From Myxococcales bacterium (GTDB taxonomy: Bacteria; Myxococcota_A; Polyangia; Haliangiales; Haliangiaceae): a DNA stretch of 64,000 nt. The position numbers and the translations under genes are program-made. The stretch is taken from the NCBI GenBank assembly GCA_016708565.1, contig JADJFN010000037.1, positions 64,001 through 128,000 on the forward strand, written 5' to 3'. Position 1 is the stretch's first letter; every line of letters begins with the position of its first letter. This document shows positions 1 through 10,874 of this stretch, piece after piece. The notes beneath the pieces were generated by a model. It was not told the DNA's origin, made no database searches, and worked only from the letters and a program-made list of their open reading frames with translations.

Positions 1-288
1 GGCGACCGCGGCGATGCCCGACGCGCAGCAGTAGCCGCTCTCGGTGGCCTCGAGCGCGGCCAGCTCGCGGCCCAGCGTGTAGACGGTGGGGTTGAAGTGG
101 CGGCCGTAGAGGAAGCAGCCGTCGCGGTCGGCGGTGCGCCGGCCGGCGAAGATCTCCGGCATCGTGCCGGGATCGAGCACGGTGAACGTGGTCGAGGCCT
201 CGATGCTCATGTTGACCCCGCCGTGCTCGCCGAACTCGTGCTTGGCGGCGGCCAGGGCGCGGACCGGATCAAAGGTGGTAGCGCTCAT
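1..288 (-). CDS. Cys/Met-metabolism PLP-dependent enzyme (cystathionine gamma-synthase/lyase or methionine gamma-lyase family), N-terminal fragment running off the window start
   Basis: Minus-strand translation from ATG at 286-288 gives MSATTFDPVRALAAAKHEFGEHGGVNMSIEASTTFTVLDPGTMPEIFAGRRTADRDGCFLYGRHFNPTVYTLGRELAALEATESGYCCASGIAAVA. The YGRxxNPT motif is typical of the trans-sulfuration PLP family. Not in the ORF track because it is truncated by the window edge. Confidence 0.6.
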   Translation of the reverse strand, partial: MSATTFDPVRALAAAKHEFGEHGGVNMSIEASTTFTVLDPGTMPEIFAGRRTADRDGCFLYGRHFNPTVYTLGRELAALEATESGYCCASGIAAVA

Positions 289-303
289 GGCTATCCGTAT
301 ACG

Positions 304-873
304 ATGCGGCTCATGGCGAAGGCAGCGAACAGAATGCGGAAGGAGCCGGTCCGGAGCCCGCTGGACCGCATCGATCGCGCCCTGGTGGCCGCGGTGCAGC
401 AGGATGTTCGGCGATCCAACAAGGAGCTGGCCGCGCGGGTCGGGTTGTCGCCGTCGGCGTGCCTGGAGCGGATGCGGCGGCTGCGCGCCCGCGGCGTGAT
501 CCGCGGCGCCTGGGCCGAGGTCGACCCGCGGGCGCTGGGCATCGACCTCGAGGCGATGATCGCGGTGACGCTGCGCCAGCACGTCCGCGACGACGTCGAG
601 TCGTTCCGCGCCCACGCGCTGGCCTTGCCCGAGGTGGTCGCGGTGCACCACGTCGCCGGCCAGGTCGACTTCCTGGTCCAGGTCGCGGTCCGCGACAGCC
701 GCCACCTGCGCGACCTGGCGCTCGACGAGTTCAGCGCCCGCGCCGAGGTCGCCCGCATCGAGACCTCGATCATCTTCGCGACCACCTGGTCGCCGCGGCT
801 GCCCGACTACCTCGACCCCGAGCCCGCCGCCGCGCCGCCGCCGCGCCGCCGTCGCCGCACTCTGCCGGCCTGA
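304..873 (+). CDS. lrp: Lrp/AsnC-family transcriptional regulator
   Basis: Internal ATG of track ORF 97..873. The N-terminal HTH reads LDRIDRALVAAVQQDVRRSNKELAARVGLSPSACLERMRRLRARGVI, followed by a RAM/AsnC C-terminal domain. Divergent from the adjacent metabolic gene, the usual arrangement for Lrp regulators. Confidence 0.85.
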   Translation: MRLMAKAANRMRKEPVRSPLDRIDRALVAAVQQDVRRSNKELAARVGLSPSACLERMRRLRARGVIRGAWAEVDPRALGIDLEAMIAVTLRQHVRDDVESFRAHALALPEVVAVHHVAGQVDFLVQVAVRDSRHLRDLALDEFSARAEVARIETSIIFATTWSPRLPDYLDPEPAAAPPPRRRRRTLPA

Positions 874-1011
874 GCGCGTGCGCGGCCCGCGGGGGTGACG
901 CCGCTGGCGAAGACCGGACGCCGCGCTGCTGCTGCGTCGGCGGCGTCGCGTCGCGGTGCCGCAGCGCGGTCGCTAGGCGGCCGCGGGGGCGGGTGCTAGC
1001 GTGCCCGCGCC

Positions 1012-1878
1012 ATGGCCGCCCGTCTCTCTGGTCGTCTCGTCGTCGCCGTCGTCCTCACGATCGGCGTCGGCGTCGGTGCGCTCGGGTCGTGGTGGCTGGT
1101 CCGCTCGCGGCCGGTGCCCGGCGACTTCATCGACGCGGTCGCCACTCCCGATGGCGGCGCGGTGGTGATCCGCCACGAGCGCGGCAGCAAGAACGACTTC
1201 GTCGACGTCTACGGGCGCGATCGGCTGCGCTGGCGCGCGCTGATCCCGCGCTACGCCGGCGCGGTGGGGACGCCGGCGATCGCCGCCACCAGCGAGGTCG
1301 TGACGGTGCGGGTCGTGCGCGACGGCCACCCCAACGTGTTCGCGTTCGATATCGAGCACGGGCGCAAGCTGGCGTCGTTCGATCTGGCCGAGGGCGAGCC
1401 CGCCGATCCCGCCGTCTACACCAAGCCCGGGCTGGCCACGGTGATGGCCGGCGCGTGGTCGGTCGAGGTGCTGGCCCGCCCCGACGGCAGCGCCCGCCTG
1501 TACACGATGGCGCTCGACGAGCACCGCGTGGCGTGGAAGGCCGATCTGGCCAAGGCGCCGTCGGCGGTGTGGCTCGGTCAGGGCGGCCAGGTCCGCGCGC
1601 AGGTCGACCAGGTGGTCTACGCGTGGAACCTGCTGACCGGCGAAGGCGAGCAGCCCAAGCTGCTCGACGGGCCTCGCCAGACCATGGGCGACCCGGCGCG
1701 GGTGATCGCCGAGGGCTTCGAGTTCAACGGTGGCACCCGCGTCGTCGTGCCGGTGCCGCGCACCGCGGTCGCCCCGCAGCCGTACCACCTGGCCGGCGGC
1801 CGCGGCTGGATCATCGAGCCCGACAAGCTGTCGATCGTCGACGGCCCGCTGGGCGTGACCCGCACGATCCCGCGCTGA
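1012..1878 (+). CDS. hypothetical protein with N-terminal transmembrane anchor
   Basis: Protein-like composition with a hydrophobic N-terminus (LVVAVVLTIGVGVGALGSWWLV). No recognised domain. Confidence 0.55.
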   Translation: MAARLSGRLVVAVVLTIGVGVGALGSWWLVRSRPVPGDFIDAVATPDGGAVVIRHERGSKNDFVDVYGRDRLRWRALIPRYAGAVGTPAIAATSEVVTVRVVRDGHPNVFAFDIEHGRKLASFDLAEGEPADPAVYTKPGLATVMAGAWSVEVLARPDGSARLYTMALDEHRVAWKADLAKAPSAVWLGQGGQVRAQVDQVVYAWNLLTGEGEQPKLLDGPRQTMGDPARVIAEGFEFNGGTRVVVPVPRTAVAPQPYHLAGGRGWIIEPDKLSIVDGPLGVTRTIPR

Positions 1879-1893
1879 GCCCGGGGGCCCCGC

Positions 1894-2586
1894 TCAGCCC
1901 GTGCGGACCGAGAAGTCGCGCGAGGTGACGACCAGGTTGTCGACCAGGTCGATCAGGAACGAGCGGCCGGTGCCGACCCGGCCGTCGAACGCCAGCAGGT
2001 ACCAGACGTCGAGGGTCCAGCGGCCGTGCTGGGTCTCGCACGGCGGGGTCCACGACACCGCCTCCAGCTCGCCCAGGTACGACGGCCGGTTGATCGTCGA
2101 CGCCACCAGCTTCTCGTAGTCGGCGCTCTTGGCCGCCAGCGCCACCGCCGCCGCCGCGTCGGAGGCGGCGATGGTCCGGCGCCAGGCCGAGGTCAGCCGG
2201 CAGCGGCCGATCGTGCCCGACGGCGACAGCTCGATCTCGTAGGCCTCGTCGGCCGCGAGCTGATCGAAGTCGGGGACGTCGAACTCTGGGTAGCGATCGC
2301 GCTCGGCGATCACCTCGAGGCGATCGTCGTAGGCCTCGAGCCCGGCCTCGAGCGTGTCGTCGGAGTAGTAGCCGAACACCCGCAGCGCCAGCGTCTGCGA
2401 CGGCAGCTTGTGGTCCCAGTCGACGATCGTGATCGCCCCGGCGTACTCCTTGCGGAAGCAGGGCAGGGGCGGCAGCGCCACCGCCAGCTTGGCGGCCGCC
2501 GACTCGCCGCTGAATAGACCCTGGTACGCCACCCGCGGGTGGACGCGGATCTCTTCCGCGACGAGGGCCCGAAGATCAGATGACAC
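1894..2586 (-). CDS. hypothetical protein
   Basis: 230-aa ORF with balanced, non-repetitive composition (W, Y, F, D, E present), unlike the surrounding R/A/P-rich antisense frames. Confidence 0.55.
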   Translation of the reverse strand: MSSDLRALVAEEIRVHPRVAYQGLFSGESAAAKLAVALPPLPCFRKEYAGAITIVDWDHKLPSQTLALRVFGYYSDDTLEAGLEAYDDRLEVIAERDRYPEFDVPDFDQLAADEAYEIELSPSGTIGRCRLTSAWRRTIAASDAAAAVALAAKSADYEKLVASTINRPSYLGELEAVSWTPPCETQHGRWTLDVWYLLAFDGRVGTGRSFLIDLVDNLVVTSRDFSVRTG

Positions 2587-2786
2587 GGCGGCTTACACAT
2601 ACTACACGGGCGGGCGCCGCGCCGCGACCGGCGCCGCCTGAACCCGCCCCAGCTACCCCCGACCTCACGCAAGCGGGGCCGGTCCCGGCGACGTGGCGCC
2701 GCGTGGGCCTCATAACTAGCCATAAGTCGCCCTGATGGTGGCGGGATGGCGAGCCATGGCAGGTCGGCCCTGTCGGCCCCCGCCGT

Positions 2787-3419
2787 TCAGGCCGGCGCGA
2801 CCGCGGCGCCCAGGCGCGCGATCAGCTCGGCCACCTGGGCGCCGGCCAGCTTCATCGCCGCCGGGTTGACCACCAGCCGGCTCGACACCTCGCACACCGT
2901 GTCGATGATCGTCAGCCCGTTCTGGCGCAGCGTCTCGCCGGTCTGGGTGATGTCGACGATGCGGTCGCACAGGCCGGTCAGCGGCCCCAGCTCGATCGCG
3001 CCCGACAGCTTGATCACCTCGGCGGTCAGGCCCTTCCGCTGCAGGTAGTCCTTGGTGATCCGCGGGTACTTCGTCGCGTAGCGGATGTGCATCGCGCCGC
3101 GCTCGCGCCGCGCCGCCTCGGGCTCGGCGACGATCATCGTGCAGCGGCCGACCCGCAGGTCGAGCGGCTCGTACAGGTCGCGGCCCTCCTCGTCGATCAC
3201 GTCGGAGCCGGCCACGCCCAGGTCGGCGGCGCCGTGGGCGACGTAGGTCGGCACGTCGGAGTTGCGCACCACCAGCACCCGCACCGGGCCGCAGTCGTGC
3301 ATCAGCCGGCGGCTGTCGCCCAGGGCCGGGCTGAGGTCGTAGCCGGCGCGCGCGAAGATCGCGGCGACGTCCTCGAGGATGCGGCCCTTGGGCAGGGCCA
3401 GCCGCAGCGGCGCGCTCAC
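2787..3419 (-). CDS. hisG: ATP phosphoribosyltransferase (short form)
   Basis: C-terminal 210 aa of track ORF 2787..4679 read [18 protein letters not shown]...[20 protein letters not shown]...[14 protein letters not shown], which are HisG motifs. GTG start at 3417-3419 overlaps the murA stop by 4 nt (GTGA). Confidence 0.85.
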   Translation of the reverse strand: MSAPLRLALPKGRILEDVAAIFARAGYDLSPALGDSRRLMHDCGPVRVLVVRNSDVPTYVAHGAADLGVAGSDVIDEEGRDLYEPLDLRVGRCTMIVAEPEAARRERGAMHIRYATKYPRITKDYLQRKGLTAEVIKLSGAIELGPLTGLCDRIVDITQTGETLRQNGLTIIDTVCEVSSRLVVNPAAMKLAGAQVAELIARLGAAVAPA

Positions 3420-4672
3420 GCCTTCACTCGCTTGACCTTGGCGCCGACGCCGCGCAGCTTCTTCTCGATCGTCTCGTAGCCGCGGTCGAGGTGGTAGACC
3501 CGCAGCACCTCGGTCTTGCCGCTGGCGACCAGCCCGGCCAGCACCAGCGACGCCGACGCGCGCAGGTCGGTGGCCATCACCGCCGCGCCCGACAGCTTGG
3601 TGCCGCCGCGGATGATCGCGGTGCGGCCGTCGACGTGGATGTCGGCGCCCATGCGGCTGAGCTCCGGCACGTGCATGTAGCGGTTCTCGAAGATCATCTC
3701 CCGGATCATGCTCTGGCCCTTGGCCTGGGTGGCCAGCACCATGAACTGCGCCTGCATGTCGGTGGGGAAGCCGGGGTGGGGCTGGGTGGTGATGTCGATC
3801 GGCAGGATGTCGCCGCCGCCGCGCACCCGCACCCCGCCGGCCTCGACGGTGACGGTCGAGCCGGCCGCGCGCAGCTTGGCGATGATCGCGTCCATGTGCT
3901 CGGCCCGCGCGCCCTGCAGGAGCACGTCGCCGCGGGTCAGCGCCGCGGCGATCGCGAAGGTGCCGGCCTCGATGCGGTCGGGGATGATCGTGTGCTCGAT
4001 CGGCTGCAGCTCGTCGACGCCCTCGATCGTGATGATCGCGGTGCCGGCGCCGGTGACCTTGGCGCCCATCTTGTTGAGCACCAGGCCCAGGTCCTCGACC
4101 TCGGGCTCGCGCGCGGCGTTCTCGATGACGGTGCGGCCCTTGGCCAGCGCCGCCGCCATCATCAGGTTCTCGCAGCCGGTGACCGTCGGCATGTCGAGCA
4201 CGATCGTCGCGCCCTTGAGCCGCTTGCACTCGACGTCGACGTAGCCGTGGTCGAGGTGGATCTTGGCGCCCATCGCCGCCAGGCCCTTGAGGTGCTGATC
4301 GATCGGGCGGGTGCCGATCGCGCAGCCGCCGGGCTGCGACACCCGGGCCCGGCCGTAGCGCGCGACCAGCGGGCCGAGCACGACGATCGACGCGCGCATC
4401 GTCTTGACCAGCTCGTAGGGCGCCTCGAGCTTGGCCTTCTTCGCCGTCGGCGGGTGGATGACCATCGTGTGCTTGCCGTCCACCTCGCAGCCGAGCTGGC
4501 GCAAGAGCTTGCCCATCGTGGCCACGTCCTGGAGCAGCGGGACGTTCTTGAACGTGCTGGGCCCGTTGGGCAACAGCGCCGAGGCCAGCAGCGGCAGCGC
4601 GGCGTTCTTGGCGCCGCCGATGGGGATGTCTCCAACCAGGCGGCTGCCGCCTTCGACGACGATCTTGTCCAT
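3416..4672 (-). CDS. murA: UDP-N-acetylglucosamine 1-carboxyvinyltransferase
   Basis: Full-length 418-aa ORF: [31 protein letters not shown]...[12 protein letters not shown]...[11 protein letters not shown]. Classic MurA motifs including the catalytic Cys region. Confidence 0.95.
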   Translation of the reverse strand: MDKIVVEGGSRLVGDIPIGGAKNAALPLLASALLPNGPSTFKNVPLLQDVATMGKLLRQLGCEVDGKHTMVIHPPTAKKAKLEAPYELVKTMRASIVVLGPLVARYGRARVSQPGGCAIGTRPIDQHLKGLAAMGAKIHLDHGYVDVECKRLKGATIVLDMPTVTGCENLMMAAALAKGRTVIENAAREPEVEDLGLVLNKMGAKVTGAGTAIITIEGVDELQPIEHTIIPDRIEAGTFAIAAALTRGDVLLQGARAEHMDAIIAKLRAAGSTVTVEAGGVRVRGGGDILPIDITTQPHPGFPTDMQAQFMVLATQAKGQSMIREMIFENRYMHVPELSRMGADIHVDGRTAIIRGGTKLSGAAVMATDLRASASLVLAGLVASGKTEVLRVYHLDRGYETIEKKLRGVGAKVKRVKA

Positions 4673-4743
4673 GGGTCACGACCTGGGTAGCACGATTTCC
4701 CCCGGCAGAACGCGCCGGGCGGCGCGGGCATTCGCCGGCCGCG

Positions 4744-6816
4744 TCAGCCGCCGCGAGCGAGGTAGGCGACCAGCGAATCGGCCTCGCCGCGGTGGTTGAG
4801 CCGGCCCGCCGCGTCGCGCATCAGCGCCGCGCCGTCGGGCGAGTCGGCGATGGTCACGAACCGCGCGCAGGTCTCGCCGTCGAACAGGCCGTGGGTGTCG
4901 GCGTCCTCGAGCGCGGTCATCAGCGCCTCGTGCAGCATGTCGGCGAAGTCGCCGGCGCGGTCGCGGTGGGCCCGGGCCTGGCTGGCGGCCAGCGCCGCCA
5001 CCCCCTCGAACTCTTCGAGCGCGACGTCGCGGCTCCAGCCGTCGACGGCCCAGCGCGCGCGGTCGACGGCGCGGCGATCGCGCGCGGCCAGCGCGCCCAG
5101 GCGGGCCTCGCGCTCGGCGATCGTCGAGGCCGCCGCGCGGACGGTGGCGCCGGCGGCGTCGGTGATCAGCGCCACCGCGTCGAGCGGGCCGGGGTGGGCG
5201 GCGCGGAACCGCGGCAGCCACGCCCGCAGCGCCGCGCTGGCCTGGTCGATCAGCTCGTCGTGCAGCTCGGGCAGCGGCTTGACCACGGTGGCGATGACCA
5301 CCGCCTCGGGCGTCACCGCCGCGACCTGCACCTCGTCGCCCAGCCGGCACACCGTCGTGCCGTCCTTGCGCGCCAGCCGGGCGCCGTCGTCGATGACGGT
5401 CAGCCACGCGCCGCGCTCGAGCTTGCCCTGCTCGATCAGCGGCACCCGCACGTCGAGCGGCGGATCGTCGAGGACGACGTGGATGCGGCCGGGCGCGAAG
5501 CCGACGATCGTGCCGGTGTGGCGGACCCGGCGGTCGAACGGCGGCCCCAGCTCGGGGCCGAGCACCGCGGCCAGCACCCGGGCGTCGATGTCGCGGTTCA
5601 GCGCGCGCTGCTGATCCTTGGAGCGGTTGCCGGCCTCGATCACCTGGGCCCGCACCGCCTCGTCCTCGGCGCGCGACCGCGGCGACTTGCCCAGCATCCG
5701 GTCGATGGCCTGGGCGTGGCACTGGATGCCGACGATCTCGCGCATCGGCGCGGTGAACCGCGAGTAGATCTGCTCGCCGACGCCGAAGTGCGCGCGCGGC
5801 TCGGCCGCGAACACCGAGCGGCCGTTGAGCAGCATCGCCTGGCGGTGCAGCGCGCGGGCCAGCCGGCCGCCGGGGCCGGTGATGGGCAGGTGTTGCAGGT
5901 AGCCGGCCATGCCCTGATCGGCGGCGCGGCGGTACAGCCACGGATCGTCGGGCAGGCCGCGCTGGCGCGCCACCTGGGCGACCAGCCGCTCGAAGCCGGC
6001 GATGCGGTCGGCCTCGGGCGGCTCGTGGACGCGGAAGATCGGCTGCACCAGCTCGGGCGGGCCGCCCTGCAGGAAGCGGCCGCCGAGCGCGTTGCACAGG
6101 ATGCTGATCTGCTCGTTGGCCAGCTCGATCGCGGTGCGCGGCGCGCTCGAGATCACCAGCTGGCCGGCGGCGTCGAGGCGCACCGTGGTCTCGGGGCGCA
6201 GGTAGCGCACCATCTGGGCGCGGTCCTCGTGCTTGCAGCGCAGCTCGCCCAGCGCGGCGATCGCCAGGAGGCTCGGGCCGATCGCGCGCGGGCCCGGCAC
6301 CTTGGCCTTGCCGTCGACGAACGCCTGGACGCCCTCGAAGGTGAGCTTGCCGCGGCTGCGCACGCGGGCCCGCTCGAGGCCGAACTTGGTGACCGTGCCG
6401 CGGCCGTCGAACTCGACGTCGAAGATCAGCGCGCGGCGATCGACGTCGGGGCCGATCGACACCAGGCCCTCGGACAGCGCGCGCGGCAGCATCGGCACCG
6501 ACAGCCCGGGCAGGTAGTAGCTGGCGCCGCGGCGCAGCGCCTCGGCGTGGAGCGCGGTGCCGGGTCGCACGTAGTACGACGCGTCGGCGATCGCGTAGCG
6601 CAGCCGGAAGCCGCCGGCGCGGGCCTCGACGTGGATCGCCTGATCCAGGTCGCGGGTGCCGGGGCCGTCGATCGTGACGAACGGCAGCGCGGTGCGGTCG
6701 ACCAGCGCCGGGTCGTCGAGCCCGGGCGCCTTCAGGTAGGCCTCGACCTCGGCCTCGACCGCCGGCGGATAGTCGAGCGTCAGCCCGTGGGCGGCGGCGA
6801 GATCCTCGAATGACAT
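4744..6816 (-). CDS. RNB-domain exoribonuclease (RNase II/R family) with extra C-terminal domain
   Basis: 690-aa ORF containing [19 protein letters not shown], the RNB catalytic motif. Confidence 0.8.
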   Translation of the reverse strand: MSFEDLAAAHGLTLDYPPAVEAEVEAYLKAPGLDDPALVDRTALPFVTIDGPGTRDLDQAIHVEARAGGFRLRYAIADASYYVRPGTALHAEALRRGASYYLPGLSVPMLPRALSEGLVSIGPDVDRRALIFDVEFDGRGTVTKFGLERARVRSRGKLTFEGVQAFVDGKAKVPGPRAIGPSLLAIAALGELRCKHEDRAQMVRYLRPETTVRLDAAGQLVISSAPRTAIELANEQISILCNALGGRFLQGGPPELVQPIFRVHEPPEADRIAGFERLVAQVARQRGLPDDPWLYRRAADQGMAGYLQHLPITGPGGRLARALHRQAMLLNGRSVFAAEPRAHFGVGEQIYSRFTAPMREIVGIQCHAQAIDRMLGKSPRSRAEDEAVRAQVIEAGNRSKDQQRALNRDIDARVLAAVLGPELGPPFDRRVRHTGTIVGFAPGRIHVVLDDPPLDVRVPLIEQGKLERGAWLTVIDDGARLARKDGTTVCRLGDEVQVAAVTPEAVVIATVVKPLPELHDELIDQASAALRAWLPRFRAAHPGPLDAVALITDAAGATVRAAASTIAEREARLGALAARDRRAVDRARWAVDGWSRDVALEEFEGVAALAASQARAHRDRAGDFADMLHEALMTALEDADTHGLFDGETCARFVTIADSPDGAALMRDAAGRLNHRGEADSLVAYLARGG

Positions 6817-6884
6817 GGCCGCACCTTAGGGCCAGGGAATGGGGAAGTCGAACGTTCTCGCGGCCGATGCATCCCCGCCGGCGG

Positions 6885-7919
6885 CTACCGATGGTTGGCG
6901 ACCGTCGGCACCGCGACGCCGCCGGTGGCCTGCAGCGCGATCGCCTCGGGGTGGGCCTGGTAGTGGCGGCGCACCGCGGCCGCCAGCGCCAGCTTCGCCG
7001 CGTCGGTGACCGGCGCCGGCGACGCGTCGGGCAGCGCGTCGACCAGCGCGTCGACCAGCCGCTCCTGCGGCGCCGGCACCCGGTCGCGCCACGACGCCAA
7101 GAGCGCGCGATCGACGTGGCTGGGCAGCGAGCCGAGGATGCCGACGTCGTTCTGATCGTGGATCAACAGCCCCGACGTGGTGCCGCGATCCAGCGTCAGC
7201 ACCTGGAACAGGTACAGCGTGTGGTACGCGAGCTGCGCCGCGCGATCGGCGGCGGTGATCGGCGTGGCCCGGGCCAGCGCCGCGCCCAGCAGCCGCGCGT
7301 AGGTCGTGGTCGCCGCGGCCCCGACCCGCTCGGCCAGCGCCAGGTCGGCGGCGGGGTCGGCGGTGGCGTGGTCCTCGAGGTAGAGGTGGGTCACGCCGCG
7401 GTGGCGGCCCAGCGCCGGGATGAAGAAGTAGCGGTCGCCCTGGGCCTGCGCCTCGTCGTACAGATCGCCGGCGGCCTCGCGCAGCGCCGCGGCGAAGCCG
7501 GCCGTGTCGTCGGGGTTGGCGATCGCCGGGTTGAGGTCGGCCATGATCCGCCAGTAGGCGCGGCCGCTGCGCAGCTCGGTCCAGCTGACGTGGATGTGCA
7601 CCGACGGCGCGTGCGGCGACCGCGGGTGGATGATCGTCGACAGCGCCGTGGCCGAGGCCAGCGCCCGGGCCGGCTCGTCGTCGTAGTGCACCTGCGAGAC
7701 GTTGATCGACGCGCGGTCGATCGCCGCGACGTCGCCGGTGCCGAGCCGGGTGCCGCCGCCGTGGCGGCCCTCGTCGCGCACCCAGCTGACCGGCGCGAAG
7801 GTCGCCGGCTGGCCGGCGGCGGCGGTGGCGGCCTCCAGCGCGGCGGCGAACCCGCGCTGCAGGCGCTCGACCAGGGACAGCGCGCGGGCGGCGCCAGGCG
7901 ACGCGGCGAAGTTCATCAC
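6885..7919 (-). CDS. hemF: oxygen-dependent coproporphyrinogen III oxidase
   Basis: 344-aa ORF with GGGTRLGTGDV...INVSQVHYDDEP...HIHVSWTELRSGRAYWRIMADLNP...GLLIHDQND, matching the HemF architecture. Confidence 0.8.
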   Translation of the reverse strand: MMNFAASPGAARALSLVERLQRGFAAALEAATAAAGQPATFAPVSWVRDEGRHGGGTRLGTGDVAAIDRASINVSQVHYDDEPARALASATALSTIIHPRSPHAPSVHIHVSWTELRSGRAYWRIMADLNPAIANPDDTAGFAAALREAAGDLYDEAQAQGDRYFFIPALGRHRGVTHLYLEDHATADPAADLALAERVGAAATTTYARLLGAALARATPITAADRAAQLAYHTLYLFQVLTLDRGTTSGLLIHDQNDVGILGSLPSHVDRALLASWRDRVPAPQERLVDALVDALPDASPAPVTDAAKLALAAAVRRHYQAHPEAIALQATGGVAVPTVANHR

Positions 7920-7935
7920 CGCGCGACGATAGCAG

Positions 7936-10797
7936 CTACTTCGCCGGCAAGAGCGTGCCCGACAGGTAGCGCTTGCTCGCCAGGAAGCGGCGGGCGGCGG
8001 CCTTGAGGTTGTCGTTGGTGACCCGCTCGGCGGCCTCGTCGTGGCTGAGCGCCTCGTGCGGGTCGTCGCCGAACTGCGCGGCGTCGCCCAGCAGGTTCAG
8101 CCAGTAGCGGTTGTCCTCGAGCTCCAGCTCGTGGCTGCGGCGGCGGGTCTCCTTGACCTTGTCGAGGTAGCTCGGGTCGACGCCGTCCTTCTGCATGCGG
8201 GCGATCTCGGCCAGCGCCGCGTCGCGCAGCTTGGCGACGTTCTCGGGCGCGCAGCCGAAGCGGATCACGAACTGCCGCCGCTGCACCGGCGCGCGCTGCA
8301 TCCAGCCGTAGACGCCGACGCCGTAGACCCCGCCCATGTCCTCGCGCAGGATCTCGCGCAGGCGCATCTCCAGCACCGCGGCCAGGATGCCGACGTCGCG
8401 CTCGCCGTCCTCGCTCCAGGTGTCCTCGTCGTGGAACACCAGCTGCACCGCGGCCTTGGGCTCCTGGCCCTGCTTGACGACCTTCTTGACGACGCCCTTG
8501 GGCGGCTTCACGCCGATGCTCTTCCAGGTCTCCTTGCGGGCGGTGGCCGGCAGGCTGCCGAGGTAGGTCTCGACCAGCGGCTTGAGCGTCGCCAGGTCGA
8601 GGTTGCCGACGATCGTGAAGGTCCAGTCGCCGGCGTCGCCGAAGCGCTCGCGGTAGGTGGCCAGCGCCGCGTCGAGATCGACCGCGCGGATGTCGGCGGC
8701 GGTGACCGGCTTGCGCCGCTTGTGGCCGCCCGACAGCGCGGTCGTGACCGCGTCGTTCATCGCGATCTCGGGCGTCACGTCGCGGCGCTCGAGCTGCTCG
8801 ACGCGGCCGCGCTGCCACGCGGCGAACGCGTCGGCGTCCTTGCGCGGCGCGCTCAGGCGCAGGTGGATGAGCTGCAACAGCGAGGGCAGCTCGGTGGACG
8901 CGGCCTGGCCCTGCACGCCCTCGCTGACCTCGGCCAGCCACGGCCACACCATCACGCCCTTGTCGGCCAGCAGGCGCTCGAGCTGATCGCTCGACAGCGC
9001 GCCGACGCCGCCACTCTGCACCGCCTCGACCGCGAAGCGCGCGCTGCCGAACCGCTGGTCGTCGATCTGCGCGGTGCCGCCCGGGCTCTCGCCGGCGACG
9101 TAGACCCGCTGGTTCTCGAAGCTGGTCGGCCGCACGATCACGTGGACCCCGTTGGCCAGGGTCCAGCGGGTCACGCCGAGATCGTCGGCCGGGGTCTCGG
9201 CCACCACCTTGCCCGGCGTCGGCGCCTGCGCCATCAGCGCGGTGGGCAGCTCGGCCTCGGTCCACGGCTCGAGCGCGCGGGCGTCGACCGCGGCCACCAG
9301 CGCCTCGACCTCGGCCGCGGTGGGGAGGCCCTTGGCCTTGGCCGGCGCGCTGATCGTGATCGCGCGGGTGGCGCCGCCCTGCCACGCGTCGGCGAGGTGG
9401 TTGACCTCGTCGAGGGTGACCTGCGGCGCGTAGGTGCGGGCCAGCTCGTCCTCGGCCACCCGGCCGATCACCAGCTCGTGCTCGAAGAAGTGGCGGGTCA
9501 GCTCGTCGGCGTACTCGTAGGCCTCCTGCTGATCCCACTCGACGGCGCTGTCGTGGGTGCCCTTCAGGTACGCCTTCTTGGCGCGCTCGAGCTCGGGGGC
9601 GGTGAAGCCGTGGCGCTGCACCCGCGCCACCTCGGTGAGCAGCGCGTCGACGGTGTCGGCGATGCGGCCGTCCTTGGCCATCGCGAACCGCGAGAACGCC
9701 TCGAACTCGCGGGTCTCGTCGCCGGTCGACGAGAACGCCATCACGAACGGCGCGTCGGGCTTGCGGCCGAGCGTGGTCAGCCGGGCGCCGAGCATCCGGT
9801 GGTACAGGCTGTCGAGCACGAACTTGCGGTAGTCCGAGGCGGAGGCCTCGCGCCGGTGCGGGAACAGATCCTGGATCGACACCGTGGCCTGCCGCAGCTC
9901 GGGGTCGGTGTCGATCGCGATCTTGGCGCCGCGATCGAGCGCGCCGCCGCCCGGGCGGGGCCGCGCGCCGGCCGGGTTGGTGAGGTCGCCGAAGCGATCG
10001 CCGATGGCCTTGGTGATCGCGGCGGGGTCGACGTCGCCGACGACGATCACCGCCATCAGGTCGGGGCGGTACCAGTCCTTGTAGAAGCGCTGCGCGACGT
10101 CGCGCGGCGCGCCCTTGATGATCTCGGGCTTGCCGATCGGCAGCCGCTGCGCGTAGCGGGTGCCGCCGTAGATGATCGGCGCCTGCTGCTGGAAGATGCG
10201 CATCTCGGCGCCGCGGCCCAGCCGCCACTCCTCGAGGACGACGCCGCGCTCCTTGTCGACCTCGACCGGATCGAAGCTGATGTTGCCGGCCCACTCGCGC
10301 AGGATGTCGAGGCCGGTGGCGACGAACTGCGGGTCGTCGGTCGGCACCTGCAGCTGGTAGACGGTCTGATCCCACGACGTGTACGCGTTGACGTCGGGGC
10401 CGAACTCCATGCCGATCTTCTCGAGGTAGTCGATGATCGCCTGCTTGGGGTACTTGGCGGTGCCGTTGAACGCCATGTGCTCGACGAAGTGGGCCAGGCC
10501 CTGCTGGTCGTCGTCCTCTTGCAGCGAGCCGGCGTTGACCGCCAGCCACATCGCGGCGCGATCCTCGGGCTGGTGGTGGGGCAGGACGTAGTAGGTGAGG
10601 CCGTTGGCCAGCGTGCCGCGCTGCACCTGCGGCCACAGCGGCAGCGGCTGCTCGGCGTCGGCGGCCGGCGTGGCGTCGCCGCCGGTGGGCGGTGGGTCGA
10701 CGGTGGCGTGGTCGTCGGTGGGCGGCGCGGGGGGCTTCGGCGGGCTGCCGCAGGCGAGGGCGGCCAGGATCGGCAGCAGGCGGAGGTGGGATCGCAT
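7936..10797 (-). CDS. secreted M16-family zinc peptidase (two-domain pitrilysin/insulinase-like), probable lipoprotein
   Basis: 953-aa ORF. Signal with lipobox LAALACGS. Inverted zinc motif HFVEHMAFNGT (HxxEH). The size fits tandem M16 active plus inactive halves. Confidence 0.85.
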   Translation of the reverse strand: MRSHLRLLPILAALACGSPPKPPAPPTDDHATVDPPPTGGDATPAADAEQPLPLWPQVQRGTLANGLTYYVLPHHQPEDRAAMWLAVNAGSLQEDDDQQGLAHFVEHMAFNGTAKYPKQAIIDYLEKIGMEFGPDVNAYTSWDQTVYQLQVPTDDPQFVATGLDILREWAGNISFDPVEVDKERGVVLEEWRLGRGAEMRIFQQQAPIIYGGTRYAQRLPIGKPEIIKGAPRDVAQRFYKDWYRPDLMAVIVVGDVDPAAITKAIGDRFGDLTNPAGARPRPGGGALDRGAKIAIDTDPELRQATVSIQDLFPHRREASASDYRKFVLDSLYHRMLGARLTTLGRKPDAPFVMAFSSTGDETREFEAFSRFAMAKDGRIADTVDALLTEVARVQRHGFTAPELERAKKAYLKGTHDSAVEWDQQEAYEYADELTRHFFEHELVIGRVAEDELARTYAPQVTLDEVNHLADAWQGGATRAITISAPAKAKGLPTAAEVEALVAAVDARALEPWTEAELPTALMAQAPTPGKVVAETPADDLGVTRWTLANGVHVIVRPTSFENQRVYVAGESPGGTAQIDDQRFGSARFAVEAVQSGGVGALSSDQLERLLADKGVMVWPWLAEVSEGVQGQAASTELPSLLQLIHLRLSAPRKDADAFAAWQRGRVEQLERRDVTPEIAMNDAVTTALSGGHKRRKPVTAADIRAVDLDAALATYRERFGDAGDWTFTIVGNLDLATLKPLVETYLGSLPATARKETWKSIGVKPPKGVVKKVVKQGQEPKAAVQLVFHDEDTWSEDGERDVGILAAVLEMRLREILREDMGGVYGVGVYGWMQRAPVQRRQFVIRFGCAPENVAKLRDAALAEIARMQKDGVDPSYLDKVKETRRRSHELELEDNRYWLNLLGDAAQFGDDPHEALSHDEAAERVTNDNLKAAARRFLASKRYLSGTLLPAK

Positions 10798-10874
10798 GAG
10801 GGCTCGGATGCTAGCCGAGGGGTGGAGTTGCAGGAATCACCCCGAATGGAGGGGTCTGGCGTAAACTGGCAACG

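Noticed and set aside
2787-4679. 630-aa minus-strand ORF
   Set aside because: Arg/Gly/Ala-rich read-through in an alternative frame of murA. Only its last ~210 codons (hisG, 2787-3419) are genuine.
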